From contig JAHQWK010000002.1 in NCBI GenBank assembly GCA_029856145.1, positions 96,001-160,000 on the forward strand: a stretch of 64,000 nt of DNA, given 5' to 3'. Position numbers and translations under genes: made by a program. This DNA is from Promethearchaeia archaeon (GTDB lineage: Archaea > Asgardarchaeota > Lokiarchaeia > Sigyniarchaeales > SOKP01). Numbering within the stretch: position 1 is the first letter of the stretch; every line of letters starts with the position of its first letter. The notes under the pieces were generated by a model. It saw only the letters and a program-made list of their open reading frames with translations. It was not told where the DNA came from and did not search any database. Positions 21,017-31,677 of this stretch are shown here, piece by piece.

Positions 21017-23635
21017 TCATGCTTGCCCACCATCATAGATAGTCCAACCAAAAGTATCTATGATAAATTGTCTTTCATCGGCGGCACCCGAGCTGTAATT
21101 TGAATTTCCACCGTGAAAGGTTACACCATCTTGCAAAGTCAATTGCGACCAACCGATTAACAAGCTATCGTAATTCGGTGTTGATAATGTAACACCCCAG
21201 AACATATCTTCCATATCTGTAACGCTGGAAACATCCCAGTTGCCGATATCTTGGTTGAATGAAGAAGCAATCCTGAACATAGATCCCATACTTATAACGT
21301 TGGAAACGTCCCAGTTGCCAATATCTTGGTTGAAAGAAGAAGCACGAAAGAACATTAACCACATGTTTTGAACGCTGGAAACGTCCCAGTTGCCAATATC
21401 TTGGTTGAAAGAAATAGCACTGTCGAACATAGACCCCATGATTATAACGCTGGAAACGTCCCAGTTGCCGATAGGTTGATTGAATGAATCAGCCTGATAA
21501 AACATGTGTCCCATGTCTATAACGCTGGAAACGTTCCAGTTGCCGATAGACTGGTTGAATGAAGAAGCTTCATAAAACATAGAACTCATGCTTATAACGC
21601 TGGAAACATCCCAGTTGCCAATATCTTGGTTGAAAGAAATTGCATAAAAGAACATAGACCCCATGCTTTCAACGCTGGAAACATCCCAATTGCCAATATC
21701 TTGGTTGAATGAAGAAGCACGACTGAACATGGACCCCATGTCTGTGACACTGGAAACATCCCAGTTGCCGATAGGTTGATTGAATGAATCAGCTTCATAA
21801 AACGTGTGTCCCATGTCTATAACGCTAGAGACATCCCAGTTGCCGATAGGTTGGTTGAATGAAGAAGCTTCATAAAACATAGAACTCATGCTTATAACGC
21901 TGGAAACATCCCATTTGCCAATATCTTGGTTGAAAGAAATTGCATAAAAGAACATAGACCCCATGCTTTCAACGCTGGAAACATCCCAATTGCCAATATC
22001 TTGGTTGAATGAAGAAGCACGACTGAACATGGACCCCATGTCTGTGACACTGGAAACATCCCAGTTGCCGATAGGTTGATTGAATGAATCAGCTTCATAA
22101 AACGTGTGTCCCATGTCTATAACGCTAGAGACATCCCAGTTGCCGATAGGTTGGTTGAATGAAGAAGCTTCATAAAACATAGAACCCATGCTTATAACGC
22201 TGGAAACATCCCATTTGCCAATATCTTGGTTGAAAGAAATAGCATAAAAGAACATAGACCCCATGCTTTTAACGCTGGAAACATCCCAGTTGCCGATAGG
22301 TTGATTGAATGAATCAGCTTCATAAAACGTGTGTCCCATGTCTATAACGCTAGAGACATCCCAGTTGCCGATAGGTTGATTGAATGAATCAGCTTCATAA
22401 AACGTGTGTCCCATGTCTATAACACTAGAGACATCCCAGTTGCCAATATCTTGGTTGAATGAAGAAGCACGACTGAACATGGACCCCATGTTTGTGACAC
22501 TGGAAACATCCCAGTTGCCGATATCTTGGTTGAATAAAGAAGCACCTATGAACATAGACCCCATATTTATAACGCTAGAAACATCCCAACTATTCATATT
22601 TCCGGTATCACCAAGATTAGTGCAACCTCTAAAAGCTTGATAAAGCGTAGTTATTCCCGTTAAATCTAAACTATCAGAAGCAGTAATATTTAAATTAGAA
22701 CATCCCCAGAAATAACTTCCTGAATTTCCTAATCCTAAGGCACCCCATTCTTTAACTTCAAGTAACTTTAATTTATCTCCCCCATCTTTAAAACTCCAAC
22801 CAATCAACGTACCATTTATTATAATGGTGTAAACGCCTTCTGAATCATATGTATGAGTTACTTCTTCTTGATTCCAGCTTATAATAGTGTCATAATTTCC
22901 ATCCCCCCAATTAACTGTAAAATCATAAAATCCTTGCGATTCCAATGGCAATTTAACTTGACTGCCATTGCTGGAACCTGGATTTGTTTTTTCTGTGTTC
23001 CATACCGAGATAAAGGTTAAATTAAGCCCTATTGTATCAATGAAAAACATATCTGAAGTTGTTCCGATATTTCCTGACGAATCGTTTGCCCAGACATGTA
23101 TAGTGTTCAAGCCTTCATTGAAAGTGATGTATTGTGCGGAGTTGTAAGTCACGTTCATACCGTTCCAGTTGTACCAGATGGTATCGACCGCAATGTTATC
23201 AGATGCCGAGATATTCAGTAATTGCGTAGCTGAATGATAAGTGATATTCGCAGGACTGTTTATTTCCACTGTTGGGATTATTGTATCAATGGTAAATGTA
23301 ATTGAAGTTTTTCCAATATTTCCCGCAAAATCGTTGGTCCATGCATATATGATGTTCATACCTTCTTCAAACGTGATGAATTGTGAGGAGGTGTAAGTTA
23401 TATTCATACCGTCCCAATTATACCAAATGGTATCGACTGCAATGTTATCTGATGCCGAGATATCTAGTAATTGCGTAGCTGCATGATAAGTGGTGTTCGT
23501 GGGACTGTTTATTTCCACTGTTGGGGGTATTGTATCAATCTTTTTTGAAGGGATTAATAACACAAAAACGACAATAATTGAACTTATGATAATAAATGAA
23601 GCTAAAAAGATCATCAAAATTTTTCTATTAACCAT
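21017..23635 (-). CDS. Membrane-anchored surface protein: two Ig-like repeats, PKD-like domain, DUF285/BspA-type repeats
   Basis: N-terminal TM; duplicated [12 protein letters not shown] module; VNWGDG...HTY..EGVY; [16 protein letters not shown] repeats. Confidence 0.92.
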   Translation of the reverse strand: MVNRKILMIFLASFIIISSIIVVFVLLIPSKKIDTIPPTVEINSPTNTTYHAATQLLDISASDNIAVDTIWYNWDGMNITYTSSQFITFEEGMNIIYAWTNDFAGNIGKTSITFTIDTIIPTVEINSPANITYHSATQLLNISASDNIAVDTIWYNWNGMNVTYNSAQYITFNEGLNTIHVWANDSSGNIGTTSDMFFIDTIGLNLTFISVWNTEKTNPGSSNGSQVKLPLESQGFYDFTVNWGDGNYDTIISWNQEEVTHTYDSEGVYTIIINGTLIGWSFKDGGDKLKLLEVKEWGALGLGNSGSYFWGCSNLNITASDSLDLTGITTLYQAFRGCTNLGDTGNMNSWDVSSVINMGSMFIGASLFNQDIGNWDVSSVTNMGSMFSRASSFNQDIGNWDVSSVIDMGHTFYEADSFNQPIGNWDVSSVIDMGHTFYEADSFNQPIGNWDVSSVKSMGSMFFYAISFNQDIGKWDVSSVISMGSMFYEASSFNQPIGNWDVSSVIDMGHTFYEADSFNQPIGNWDVSSVTDMGSMFSRASSFNQDIGNWDVSSVESMGSMFFYAISFNQDIGKWDVSSVISMSSMFYEASSFNQPIGNWDVSSVIDMGHTFYEADSFNQPIGNWDVSSVTDMGSMFSRASSFNQDIGNWDVSSVESMGSMFFYAISFNQDIGNWDVSSVISMSSMFYEASSFNQSIGNWNVSSVIDMGHMFYQADSFNQPIGNWDVSSVIIMGSMFDSAISFNQDIGNWDVSSVQNMWLMFFRASSFNQDIGNWDVSNVISMGSMFRIASSFNQDIGNWDVSSVTDMEDMFWGVTLSTPNYDSLLIGWSQLTLQDGVTFHGGNSNYSSGAADERQFIIDTFGWTIYDGGQA
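21195..22590 (-). repeat. Intragenic tandem array of 19 x 75-bp units with a 300-bp higher-order repeat
   Basis: Trp codons of W(D/N)VS spaced 75 bp apart from 22588 to 21238; near-identical shadow ORFs at 21592 and 21892. Confidence 0.95.
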
Positions 23636-23807
23636 TAGGTTATTGTCTAATAAATTTTATATAATGGGAATAAATAATAACATCAATATATATAAATGTT
23701 TTTATGATTGTTATTATTTCTCAAGTGAACTTGTGATTAACCTCGTAAATTAATAGTAGGAATATGCTAATATTATCTGCCAAAATGGCAAGCTGGCAGT
23801 AGAAAGT

Positions 23808-23918
23808 TTAACCGATAACATCCCTTGTTGTCTCGATAATCCAATTGTCTATTCTTAAATCTGAAGGATAATAGTCATTCATTCCTCTAAGTGGTTCTTT
23901 TAAAAATTTCTTTGACAT
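23808..23918 (-). pseudogene. hisS: Diverged duplicate of the hisS 5' end
   Basis: MSKKFLKEPLRGMNDYYPSDLRIDNWIIETTRDVIG* versus hisS MSKKFSIEPLRGMNDYYPPDLREVNWIIEIIRDVAE; shared gacatcaaatcacttg across the start. Confidence 0.88.
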
Positions 23919-24083
23919 CAAATCACTTGTATTCTCAATATCGATTATTACATTCTAAAAAGAAGGTTAGCAAATATTTTTTTCGATTCAACAATAAGCT
24001 TTTTCTAATTTACCATATGTAAATAAATAATATTTTAATTAAATTTTAATTATGATTTAACTAATTTTTTTGGAGAGATTTAA

Positions 24084-24731
24084 GTGTCAATAGAAGAATT
24101 TTACAAAGAGATTTCAACAGCTATTGTAAATTTAGATGAAGAAAAAGCTGTTGAATATGCAAATAAAGCCATAAAGGATAATATGCGGTTACTTGATGTA
24201 GTTGAAAAGGGATTTGCTGCGGGAATTCGGAAAGTTGGAGAGTTATGGGAAGAAGGAGAATTTTTCTTACCTGAGTTAATGAGAGGTGCCCAAATAATGC
24301 AAAAATGTTTGGATCTTCTAATTCCCCATCTTCAAAGTGCATCAGAAAAAATTTCACGTAGTACAGTAGTTATAGCTACCATCGAGGGTGATATTCACTC
24401 AATCGGAAAAACTATTGTAGCTACAATGTTAAGAGCTTATGGTTATGAGGTATATGATTTAGGAGCTGATGTTCCCGTTGAAAAAATTATAGAGGAAGCC
24501 ATTGAAAGAAAGGCAGATATCATTGGAGTTTCTGCTTTATTAACAACCACTATGACTGGTCAGAAGAAAGTTATTGAACTCTTAAAAGAAAAAAATCTAG
24601 CTAATAAATTCAAAGTAATTCTAGGTGGTGCCCCTGTAACAAATACTTGGGTAGAAGAATGCAATGCTGATGGTTTTGCTGACAATGCTATTGATGCCGT
24701 CAGATTGGTTAAATCTCTTTTAGATAAATAA
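24084..24731 (+). CDS. Corrinoid (B12-binding) methyl-carrier protein, MttC/MtbC family
   Basis: FLPEL cap domain; GDIHSIGK, SALLTTT, GGAP. Confidence 0.95.
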   Translation: MSIEEFYKEISTAIVNLDEEKAVEYANKAIKDNMRLLDVVEKGFAAGIRKVGELWEEGEFFLPELMRGAQIMQKCLDLLIPHLQSASEKISRSTVVIATIEGDIHSIGKTIVATMLRAYGYEVYDLGADVPVEKIIEEAIERKADIIGVSALLTTTMTGQKKVIELLKEKNLANKFKVILGGAPVTNTWVEECNADGFADNAIDAVRLVKSLLDK

Positions 24732-24760
24732 AAATATTATTACTCATAGAAGATGATTAT

Positions 24761-25639
24761 ATGTCATTCCAAGATTGGTTAAAGGATGATTCTAAGATCG
24801 TACTCTTTGACGGAGCTATGGGGACAGAGCTGATCAAAAGAGAATTAGAGCCGGGAAAGGTTTCAGATCTTTTAAATATTGAGCAACCAGATATAATTTC
24901 TGAAATTCATAAATCCTATTATGATGCTGGCTCAGACATGTGCCAAACAAATACATTTGGCTCAACTCCTATGAATCTAAAACGACATAATCTTGAAGAC
25001 CGGATTGAAGAGATAATCGAGAATGCTTTAAAAATTATCAAAAAAGTCCGTCCTTCTGGATGCTTAATTGTTGGAGATATTGGCCCAACAGGAGAATTTA
25101 GACCACCAGTAGGAAATGCATCTAGTGATCAATGGTATTCTAGTTTTTCTAACCAAGCAAAATTATTAGAAAAAGGGGTTGATCTTTGGCATGTTGAAAC
25201 AATTTCTGATCTTGAAGAAATGTTAGCAGCAATAAAAGCAGTACGAGATGTTTCTCAGAAACCCTTGATTTCCTCAATCACGTATAAAAAAACTAAAAGA
25301 GGGTTCTTTACCATAATGGGAGATTCATTAGAAAAATGTATAGAAGCGTTGAATAATGAAAAAATAGATGTAATTGGAGCAAATTGTACATTAGGATCCA
25401 AAGATATGCTTGAATTATTAAAGACTGCTAAAAATTTTACTGATAAACCTATTTCTGTTAAACCTAATGCTGGCCAACCAGTAGTTAAAGGTGATAAAAC
25501 TTATTATAAACAACCCGTAGAAGATTTTGTTAATGACATTCGTGAAATGATCGAATTTGGAGCCAAAATTGTAGGGGGTTGTTGTGGTACGTCTCCAAAA
25601 ACGATTAAGGAAATACGTAAAATTATTGATTCAATTTAA
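24761..25639 (+). CDS. Homocysteine S-methyltransferase domain (stand-alone MetH N-terminal module)
   Basis: FDGAMGTEL, TNTFG, ET, GANC, PNAG, GGCCGTSP Zn ligands. Confidence 0.93.
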   Translation: MSFQDWLKDDSKIVLFDGAMGTELIKRELEPGKVSDLLNIEQPDIISEIHKSYYDAGSDMCQTNTFGSTPMNLKRHNLEDRIEEIIENALKIIKKVRPSGCLIVGDIGPTGEFRPPVGNASSDQWYSSFSNQAKLLEKGVDLWHVETISDLEEMLAAIKAVRDVSQKPLISSITYKKTKRGFFTIMGDSLEKCIEALNNEKIDVIGANCTLGSKDMLELLKTAKNFTDKPISVKPNAGQPVVKGDKTYYKQPVEDFVNDIREMIEFGAKIVGGCCGTSPKTIKEIRKIIDSI

Positions 25640-25667
25640 AAACAAATAATCTCAAGAGTGTAAACAA

Positions 25668-27092
25668 ATGTCAATTATTAGACCAAAGATTAAAATATTA
25701 GATAAGGAACATAAACAAAAGATTTTGGAAGAAGCTAAAGTGATTCTCGAAACTCAGGGAGTTTTTATAGAGAATCATGAAGCAATTGACTTATTTAATC
25801 AACATGATATAAATCATGAAGGTTCACGCTATTTTATCCCACCGGATTTAATTAATAAATGTTTAGAAACTGTACCAAATGAAATCACACTTTATGACAG
25901 AGATGGTAATGAACATATTACTTTAAAGGAGGATAACGTTAATTTTGATCCTGGATCTGCTGCAATTTTCATACTTGATGAGGAAACAGGAGATATTCGA
26001 GAAGGGGTGTCAAGGGATTTCATAAGATTCTCAAAGGTAGTTGAGCATTTAAAATTTATTGATGCTCAAAGTACGGCATTAATTTATAATGATGTTCCAA
26101 AGGACGCTCAAGATTGGCATAGATTATATCTGGCTTTGTCTAATTGTTATAAACCCGTTGTAACTGGAACATTTCGCAAAGAAAGCTTCTCGATTATGCG
26201 AGAAATTCTATTAACGTGTAGGTTATCGGAAGATGATTTAGCTAGAAAACCACTTGCTATATTTGATGCATGCCCAAGTCCACCTCTTAAATGGTCTGAT
26301 CTTACAACTCAATCATTGATTGATGCTGCTAGAAGTATGATCCCTTCTGAATTTGTTTCAATGCCTTTAGCAGGGGCAAGTGCTCCAATCACTCTAATTG
26401 GGTCAATAACTCAACATTGTGCTGAATGTCTTGCTGGAGTAGTAATTGTTCAACTCACTAAACGCGGAGCGCCCTTAATATGGGGTGGTTCTCCTGCCGT
26501 ATTTGATATGAAACACGGTACAACTCCAATGGGTGCCATAGAAACAATGATGATAAATCTTGGAGACGTAGAGATGGGTAAATTCTTGAAGTTACCTACT
26601 CATGCATACATGGCACTAAGCGATTCAAAAATACCTGACGCTCAAGCCGGTTTTGAAGCGGGTATGGGGGCTCTACTAGCAGGGTTAGCCGGTATTAATA
26701 TGATTTCTGGACCGGGAATGCTCGATTTTGAATCAACTCAAAGTATTGAAAAGTTAATTATTGATAATGAAATAGTAGGAATGGTTAAAAGATTACTTCA
26801 AGGTATTGAAGATCATGGATCTCCATTCGCCTCAGAAATCCTAAAAGACTATGAAGATAAAGAAGAACTTCTATCTCACTCATCAACTTTAAAGTATTTC
26901 AGAAAAGAATTATTTCTCCCAAGTCCAATAATAGATAGAATGACACGTGATTCATGGAAAGAAAAAGGGTCAAAATCCGCCAGAAAGAGAGCTAAAGAAC
27001 AAGCTTCTAAAATTTTAAGTAAAACTTCCACACATCCAATTGAAGAAAATCTAACAAGGGAATTAGAAAAGATTGCTCTTAAAAATTTATAA
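25668..27092 (+). CDS. MttB-superfamily (non-pyrrolysine) corrinoid methyltransferase
   Basis: SPPLKW, GASAPITL.G, FDMK.G, SDSKIPDAQAGFE, GMLDF, LIIDNEI; no in-frame TAG. Confidence 0.92.
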   Translation: MSIIRPKIKILDKEHKQKILEEAKVILETQGVFIENHEAIDLFNQHDINHEGSRYFIPPDLINKCLETVPNEITLYDRDGNEHITLKEDNVNFDPGSAAIFILDEETGDIREGVSRDFIRFSKVVEHLKFIDAQSTALIYNDVPKDAQDWHRLYLALSNCYKPVVTGTFRKESFSIMREILLTCRLSEDDLARKPLAIFDACPSPPLKWSDLTTQSLIDAARSMIPSEFVSMPLAGASAPITLIGSITQHCAECLAGVVIVQLTKRGAPLIWGGSPAVFDMKHGTTPMGAIETMMINLGDVEMGKFLKLPTHAYMALSDSKIPDAQAGFEAGMGALLAGLAGINMISGPGMLDFESTQSIEKLIIDNEIVGMVKRLLQGIEDHGSPFASEILKDYEDKEELLSHSSTLKYFRKELFLPSPIIDRMTRDSWKEKGSKSARKRAKEQASKILSKTSTHPIEENLTRELEKIALKNL

Positions 27093-27112
27093 TATTCTCA
27101 TTTACTTTTTTG

Positions 27113-28708
27113 TTACTCTATTTTACTTAATTTTCTTAACCCAAAAAATAAAAGCGGAACTGCACTTGCTATAGAGATTAACAAAAAAGGCATAAAAAAG
27201 TGGAATTTTGCTAAAATTGGAGAAGATGGAATAGGAAATGCTATAATTATAAATAAGAGTAGAAATTGAAAGGGTACTATTTGAAGTACCATTAAAAAAA
27301 GGTTATTTGATGTCATAGCACTGCCTTTTTCCTCAAAAGCAGGGCTTAAACATTGGATTCCAACGGCTTGAAAAATCACCACTTCACTGTTTATTAAATA
27401 AAAACTAAAGAAAAATAAAATTGTAAAAAGATCAAATTTTAGAACGATAGTAAAGAAAATTGTAAGCCCTAGTGACATTAATACATTAAATATTAACATT
27501 GCTAAGAGGTATGAATAAACTAAAGCATGAGTATTTCGAGGACTTCTTTTATATACCCAAATTAAATCCTTGGTCCCTACAAATATATAGCTTCCAAAAA
27601 GTAAGCCATAAAATATTCCACCTATAATGATAATCATCGTAATTAGTATTGATTGAATAATTAAATCATTAAAACCTAGAGTTGAGAATATTACACCTAA
27701 GACTCCTACTAATCCTATTAGATACACAAACTTCATTATACTTTCTCTTCTTCTTAAAAACTCTTTTAATTGAGTAAGCATCAATCCTTCCCATTTATGT
27801 CCAATTAATCTCCTTGTTAATAGATAGAATTTGTTCTCACGTTCAATTACTATAGAAGTTCTTTCTATACCTCCCTCTACTGTGAAAAAACTATCTGCTT
27901 TTTTATAAGCTATTAAAAGAATTATAAGAGGAATAACTATTACTAGCGCAATACTAAACCAAATGTTTAAAAAATAACTACTTATCAAGCTCGGGTCAAT
28001 AAAATATAAAATTATATTAGTAAACCATAAAGAAGGATAGAGCATTAACCAATTCTTTAATTGTGGATTTGTCATTAGATATTCAAATAAAAATTGTAGT
28101 GTATATATTATTGCGACCATCGCTATAGATAGAAGAAATAACAAAATCCTACCCCAATCTTTTGCTCGATCACTTTTAGCAATTTTATGCTCCAACCAAG
28201 CAGCAACAATAGAACCTACTAAAGTTGCAAATAACACTAATCCAAAAATGCATAAATAAATAATTAAGTTTTGAATAAGACTCAAATTGATTATAGGGTT
28301 GAGCATTCCCGTTATTATTGGAGTAAATAGTAAAACACCTCCTACATAAATTGGTAACTTCCCTATAAATTCTCCTAAGAAAATGTCTCCTGTAGTAGCA
28401 GGTGACGCTAAGATAATTTCTTTAAAACCTATCTCAACCCTCCTATAAATACTGTTTATAGGATAAATAACAATTGTTAAAAAAAAAGCCATCAGTAGAT
28501 ATTCAATAATTAAGGCAACTGCTAAATTAATTTGTGGAATAGCTGCTATGAATGTAGGCATAATCAAATCAAAAAGCATTGGAGCTAAAAAGAAAGCCCA
28601 GATGATGAGAAATGAATACAAGAAAAAAAAAAATAAAACTCGGTGGTTTCGAAATTTGTTTGTTCTAAGCCTAATTTCGTTTTTAGCTATTGTTTTCCAA
28701 AGAGTCAT
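27113..28708 (-). CDS. ABC-2-type exporter permease (polytopic membrane protein)
   Basis: About 12 TM segments; directly downstream of an ABC ATPase. Confidence 0.8.
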   Translation of the reverse strand: MTLWKTIAKNEIRLRTNKFRNHRVLFFFFLYSFLIIWAFFLAPMLFDLIMPTFIAAIPQINLAVALIIEYLLMAFFLTIVIYPINSIYRRVEIGFKEIILASPATTGDIFLGEFIGKLPIYVGGVLLFTPIITGMLNPIINLSLIQNLIIYLCIFGLVLFATLVGSIVAAWLEHKIAKSDRAKDWGRILLFLLSIAMVAIIYTLQFLFEYLMTNPQLKNWLMLYPSLWFTNIILYFIDPSLISSYFLNIWFSIALVIVIPLIILLIAYKKADSFFTVEGGIERTSIVIERENKFYLLTRRLIGHKWEGLMLTQLKEFLRRRESIMKFVYLIGLVGVLGVIFSTLGFNDLIIQSILITMIIIIGGIFYGLLFGSYIFVGTKDLIWVYKRSPRNTHALVYSYLLAMLIFNVLMSLGLTIFFTIVLKFDLFTILFFFSFYLINSEVVIFQAVGIQCLSPAFEEKGSAMTSNNLFLMVLQIVPFQFLLLFIIIAFPIPSSPILAKFHFFMPFLLISIASAVPLLFFGLRKLSKIE

Positions 28709-28715
28709 TAGAATT

Positions 28716-29546
28716 TCAGTTTTTTTCTTTTCTCTTTTTTTTCCTTTTTTTTTCTTTTTCTGTATTATTTGGTCCTTCTTCTCTCCATGCTAATAGATCT
28801 TCAATTTTAGAAACGCCCATTATTTTTAAATATGCTTCCTCCAAATCCTTTGCTCCGACAGAATCAATAATCTCTTTAGGAGTTCCTTCAAGTTTTAATT
28901 CACCTTTATCAATAATTCCGATTAAGTCGCATAATTCTTCCGCAGCATCAAGAAGATGAGTGCAAATAAAAATGGTCTTTTCAGCTTTCTTAGCTAGTTC
29001 AGATATTAAATCTTTTACTATTCTAGCAGCAGCGGGATCCAAGTTGGAGGTAGGTTCATCTAAAAATATTATTTTAGGATCTTGTATGAGGGCGGCACAT
29101 AAACACACTTTTTGTTTCATACCTCTCGAATAACCTTCTAAAAGATCATTTTCACGCCCTTCTAAATTAAATAGCTCTAATAATTCATCTATTCGTGATG
29201 ATATTACTCCTTTAGGTAAATAATATAATTCACCTATAAATTCTAAAAATTCTTTAGCTGTTAATTTTTGATATAAGCCAGGTGATTCTGGTAAAAAGCC
29301 ACAATTTATCTTAACTTGTTTACTTTGAGAAATAATATCATACCCTACAACCTCCGCAGTTCCAGAAGTAGGAGAGATTATTGCGTTTAACATTCTTACT
29401 GTTGTGGTTTTACCAGCTCCATTTGGGCCTAATAATCCATATGTAATTCCATAAGGTATGTTTAAGTCTAAATTATTAACAGCTATAATCTTACCAAATT
29501 TCTTGGTAAGACTCTTGGATTTAATTGCGTAATTATCAGAAATTAT
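28716..29546 (-). CDS. ABC transporter ATP-binding protein; probable ATA/ATT start
   Basis: Walker A GPNGAGKTT lies upstream of ATG 29393 in the same frame; YSRGMKQK, FLDEPT, TH. Confidence 0.9.
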   Translation of the reverse strand: MISDNYAIKSKSLTKKFGKIIAVNNLDLNIPYGITYGLLGPNGAGKTTTVRMLNAIISPTSGTAEVVGYDIISQSKQVKINCGFLPESPGLYQKLTAKEFLEFIGELYYLPKGVISSRIDELLELFNLEGRENDLLEGYSRGMKQKVCLCAALIQDPKIIFLDEPTSNLDPAAARIVKDLISELAKKAEKTIFICTHLLDAAEELCDLIGIIDKGELKLEGTPKEIIDSVGAKDLEEAYLKIMGVSKIEDLLAWREEGPNNTEKEKKRKKKRKEKN

Positions 29547-29719
29547 GGTTCACATCAGTTATTTTTTTTTCTTTAATTTTCTTAATCAATTAAATTTTAC
29601 TTTATTAAAAATTAATCATCATCATATTAAATCTAAAACCCAATGATTGCGATTCATAATTTCTTCCATTCTTTGTGAGAATAAAACTTTATAACCCCTA
29701 AACCTTATTCATAATTACC

Positions 29720-30688
29720 TTGGATAGGAACATTAAGAAAGGTTTGCTAACAGGTTCTATAGGGATCATTTTTGTAGGGCTGCAACCAATAGTCGCTCTT
29801 TTAAAGCCAGATGCTATTGGTCCATATCTCTCAGGAGCTATGACTTGTTTAGTTGAAACTATGATTTTTTTTCCAATAATGTTATTTGAATTTAAATTCA
29901 TGAATTCACGCACAAGAAAAATGAATAACCAAGAAAATCAAAAGAATAGATCGCATTTTTTAAAAGGTTGGAAAAAAAATATTTGGTTATTAACTTTTAT
30001 TGGTTTACTATTTGCACTTAATCAAGTATTATATTTTGTTGGGTACTATTTTTCTAGAGCAATAATTGGTTCTTTAACTCAAAAAACTACTGTTTTCTTT
30101 GGGATAATTTTAGGATATCTTATTTTAAAAGAAAGAGTTACAAAACTACAAATTATTTTTTCAATTGTATTGTTTTTTGGATTGGCAATAAGTATTACTC
30201 AATTTTTTACTTTACTTAATATCGATAACACCATTTTGATTGGAGTAGGAATATTATTATTAATTACTTTTTTATGGATGGTAGGTCATACTCTAACTAA
30301 ACCTATATTTAGTAGAAATGAAGCTACACCAATACAAATGGTATTTATTAGAAATATCATATCTAGTGTGACCCTAATATCAACTTACTTGATTTTCTTT
30401 ACTCCAAATTTAAATCTTTTTATTGAACCCGCTAACTTATTGTTTTTTTTAGCAATGGGAGCTGTTTATGGGGCTGGATTAATATGTTGGTATTTAACAC
30501 TATCTTACTTAGATGTATCAAAAGCTACTATCATATTTGCTCCAACTCCAATATCTTCGGCAATATTTGCAACAATTATTCTGGGAGAAAATTTAACAAT
30601 TTTTCATTTATTAGGTACAGCCCTTATAATACTTTCAATTGTAATAATTATGACCCAAAAAGATAATAACAAAATTTTAGATATTTGA
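29720..30688 (+). CDS. DMT/EamA-family transporter
   Basis: About 10 TM in two repeats ending LILKERVT and IILGENLT. Confidence 0.88.
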   Translation: MDRNIKKGLLTGSIGIIFVGLQPIVALLKPDAIGPYLSGAMTCLVETMIFFPIMLFEFKFMNSRTRKMNNQENQKNRSHFLKGWKKNIWLLTFIGLLFALNQVLYFVGYYFSRAIIGSLTQKTTVFFGIILGYLILKERVTKLQIIFSIVLFFGLAISITQFFTLLNIDNTILIGVGILLLITFLWMVGHTLTKPIFSRNEATPIQMVFIRNIISSVTLISTYLIFFTPNLNLFIEPANLLFFLAMGAVYGAGLICWYLTLSYLDVSKATIIFAPTPISSAIFATIILGENLTIFHLLGTALIILSIVIIMTQKDNNKILDI

Positions 30689-30869
30689 TTGAGAGAGATT
30701 GATATATATATCTATATATATTGTAATACTATGAACATTTCATCGAATCAAGTTATTTCACTTAATTACGCAATTATTCAAAACATTTAAATATAGTATT
30801 ATATGAAAATATATAAAGAAATATATGATTTTTTTAATAAGATTTATGTTAAACAACCAATTTTACTGA

Positions 30870-31676
30870 TTGAAAATGTCTAATCATGAAATAATTATAG
30901 TTAAAGATTTAAAGAAATTTTTTGGCGAAGTTAAAGCTGTAAATGGTATTTCTTTTAATGTTCAACAAGGTGAAGTTTTTGGACTTCTAGGACCTAATGG
31001 AGCAGGAAAAACCACCACAATAAAGCTTCTATTAGGTCTCCTTGAGCCGAATGAAGGAGAAATGAGTGTTTTTGGAATGAATCCAGAAAGGGAGGAAGTT
31101 GAAATAAAGCGTCGTATAGGATACGTAAGTGAAGAACCTTTAATATTCAAGTCACTAACACCAAAAGATTTATTTAATTTCATAGCATCTATCCGTAATT
31201 TAGATGAGACACGCACTACTGAGCTTGCTAGAGAATATATGGAGAGTCTGGAAGCAATTGAATACTATGATCAATTAATCGCTACTTTATCCCATGGTAA
31301 TAAGCAAAAATTGCAAATTATTGCCGCAATACTCCATGAACCAGATTTACTCATTTTAGATGAGCCAATTGCGGGTCTTGATGCCAAATCTGTAAGAGTT
31401 GTTAAATCCATATTAGAATTACATACTCAGAGAGGTGGTTCAGTCCTTTTTTCAACACATATAATGGAGATTGCTCAAGAGTTATGTGATCGAATAGGTA
31501 TCATACATAAAGGAAAAATTGTTGGAATAGGGACATTAGATGAACTCCGTCAGCAAGCTGATAAAGTGGGAGCAACTTTAGAGGATGTATTCTTACGATT
31601 AACAGAACAAGACACTTCCGTTAATGAGATCGTTAAGAAATTACGAAAATCTTTTAAAATGAGAAATTATCAGTGA
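30870..31676 (+). CDS. ABC transporter ATP-binding protein
   Basis: GPNGAGKTT, LSHGNKQK, ILDEP, STH. Confidence 0.96.
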   Translation: MKMSNHEIIIVKDLKKFFGEVKAVNGISFNVQQGEVFGLLGPNGAGKTTTIKLLLGLLEPNEGEMSVFGMNPEREEVEIKRRIGYVSEEPLIFKSLTPKDLFNFIASIRNLDETRTTELAREYMESLEAIEYYDQLIATLSHGNKQKLQIIAAILHEPDLLILDEPIAGLDAKSVRVVKSILELHTQRGGSVLFSTHIMEIAQELCDRIGIIHKGKIVGIGTLDELRQQADKVGATLEDVFLRLTEQDTSVNEIVKKLRKSFKMRNYQ

Positions 31677-31677
31677 T

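Noticed and set aside
21195-22590. Regular repeats resembling a CRISPR array
   Set aside because: Exact 75-bp in-frame coding units, no unique spacers, no cas genes
25668-27092. Pyrrolysine in the MttB homolog
   Set aside because: ORF is uninterrupted; no in-frame TAG
29550-29555. In-frame ATG-TGA before the ABC ATPase as a Sec codon
   Set aside because: Not a Cys position, no SECIS seen; better explained as part of the SD-like GATGTGA
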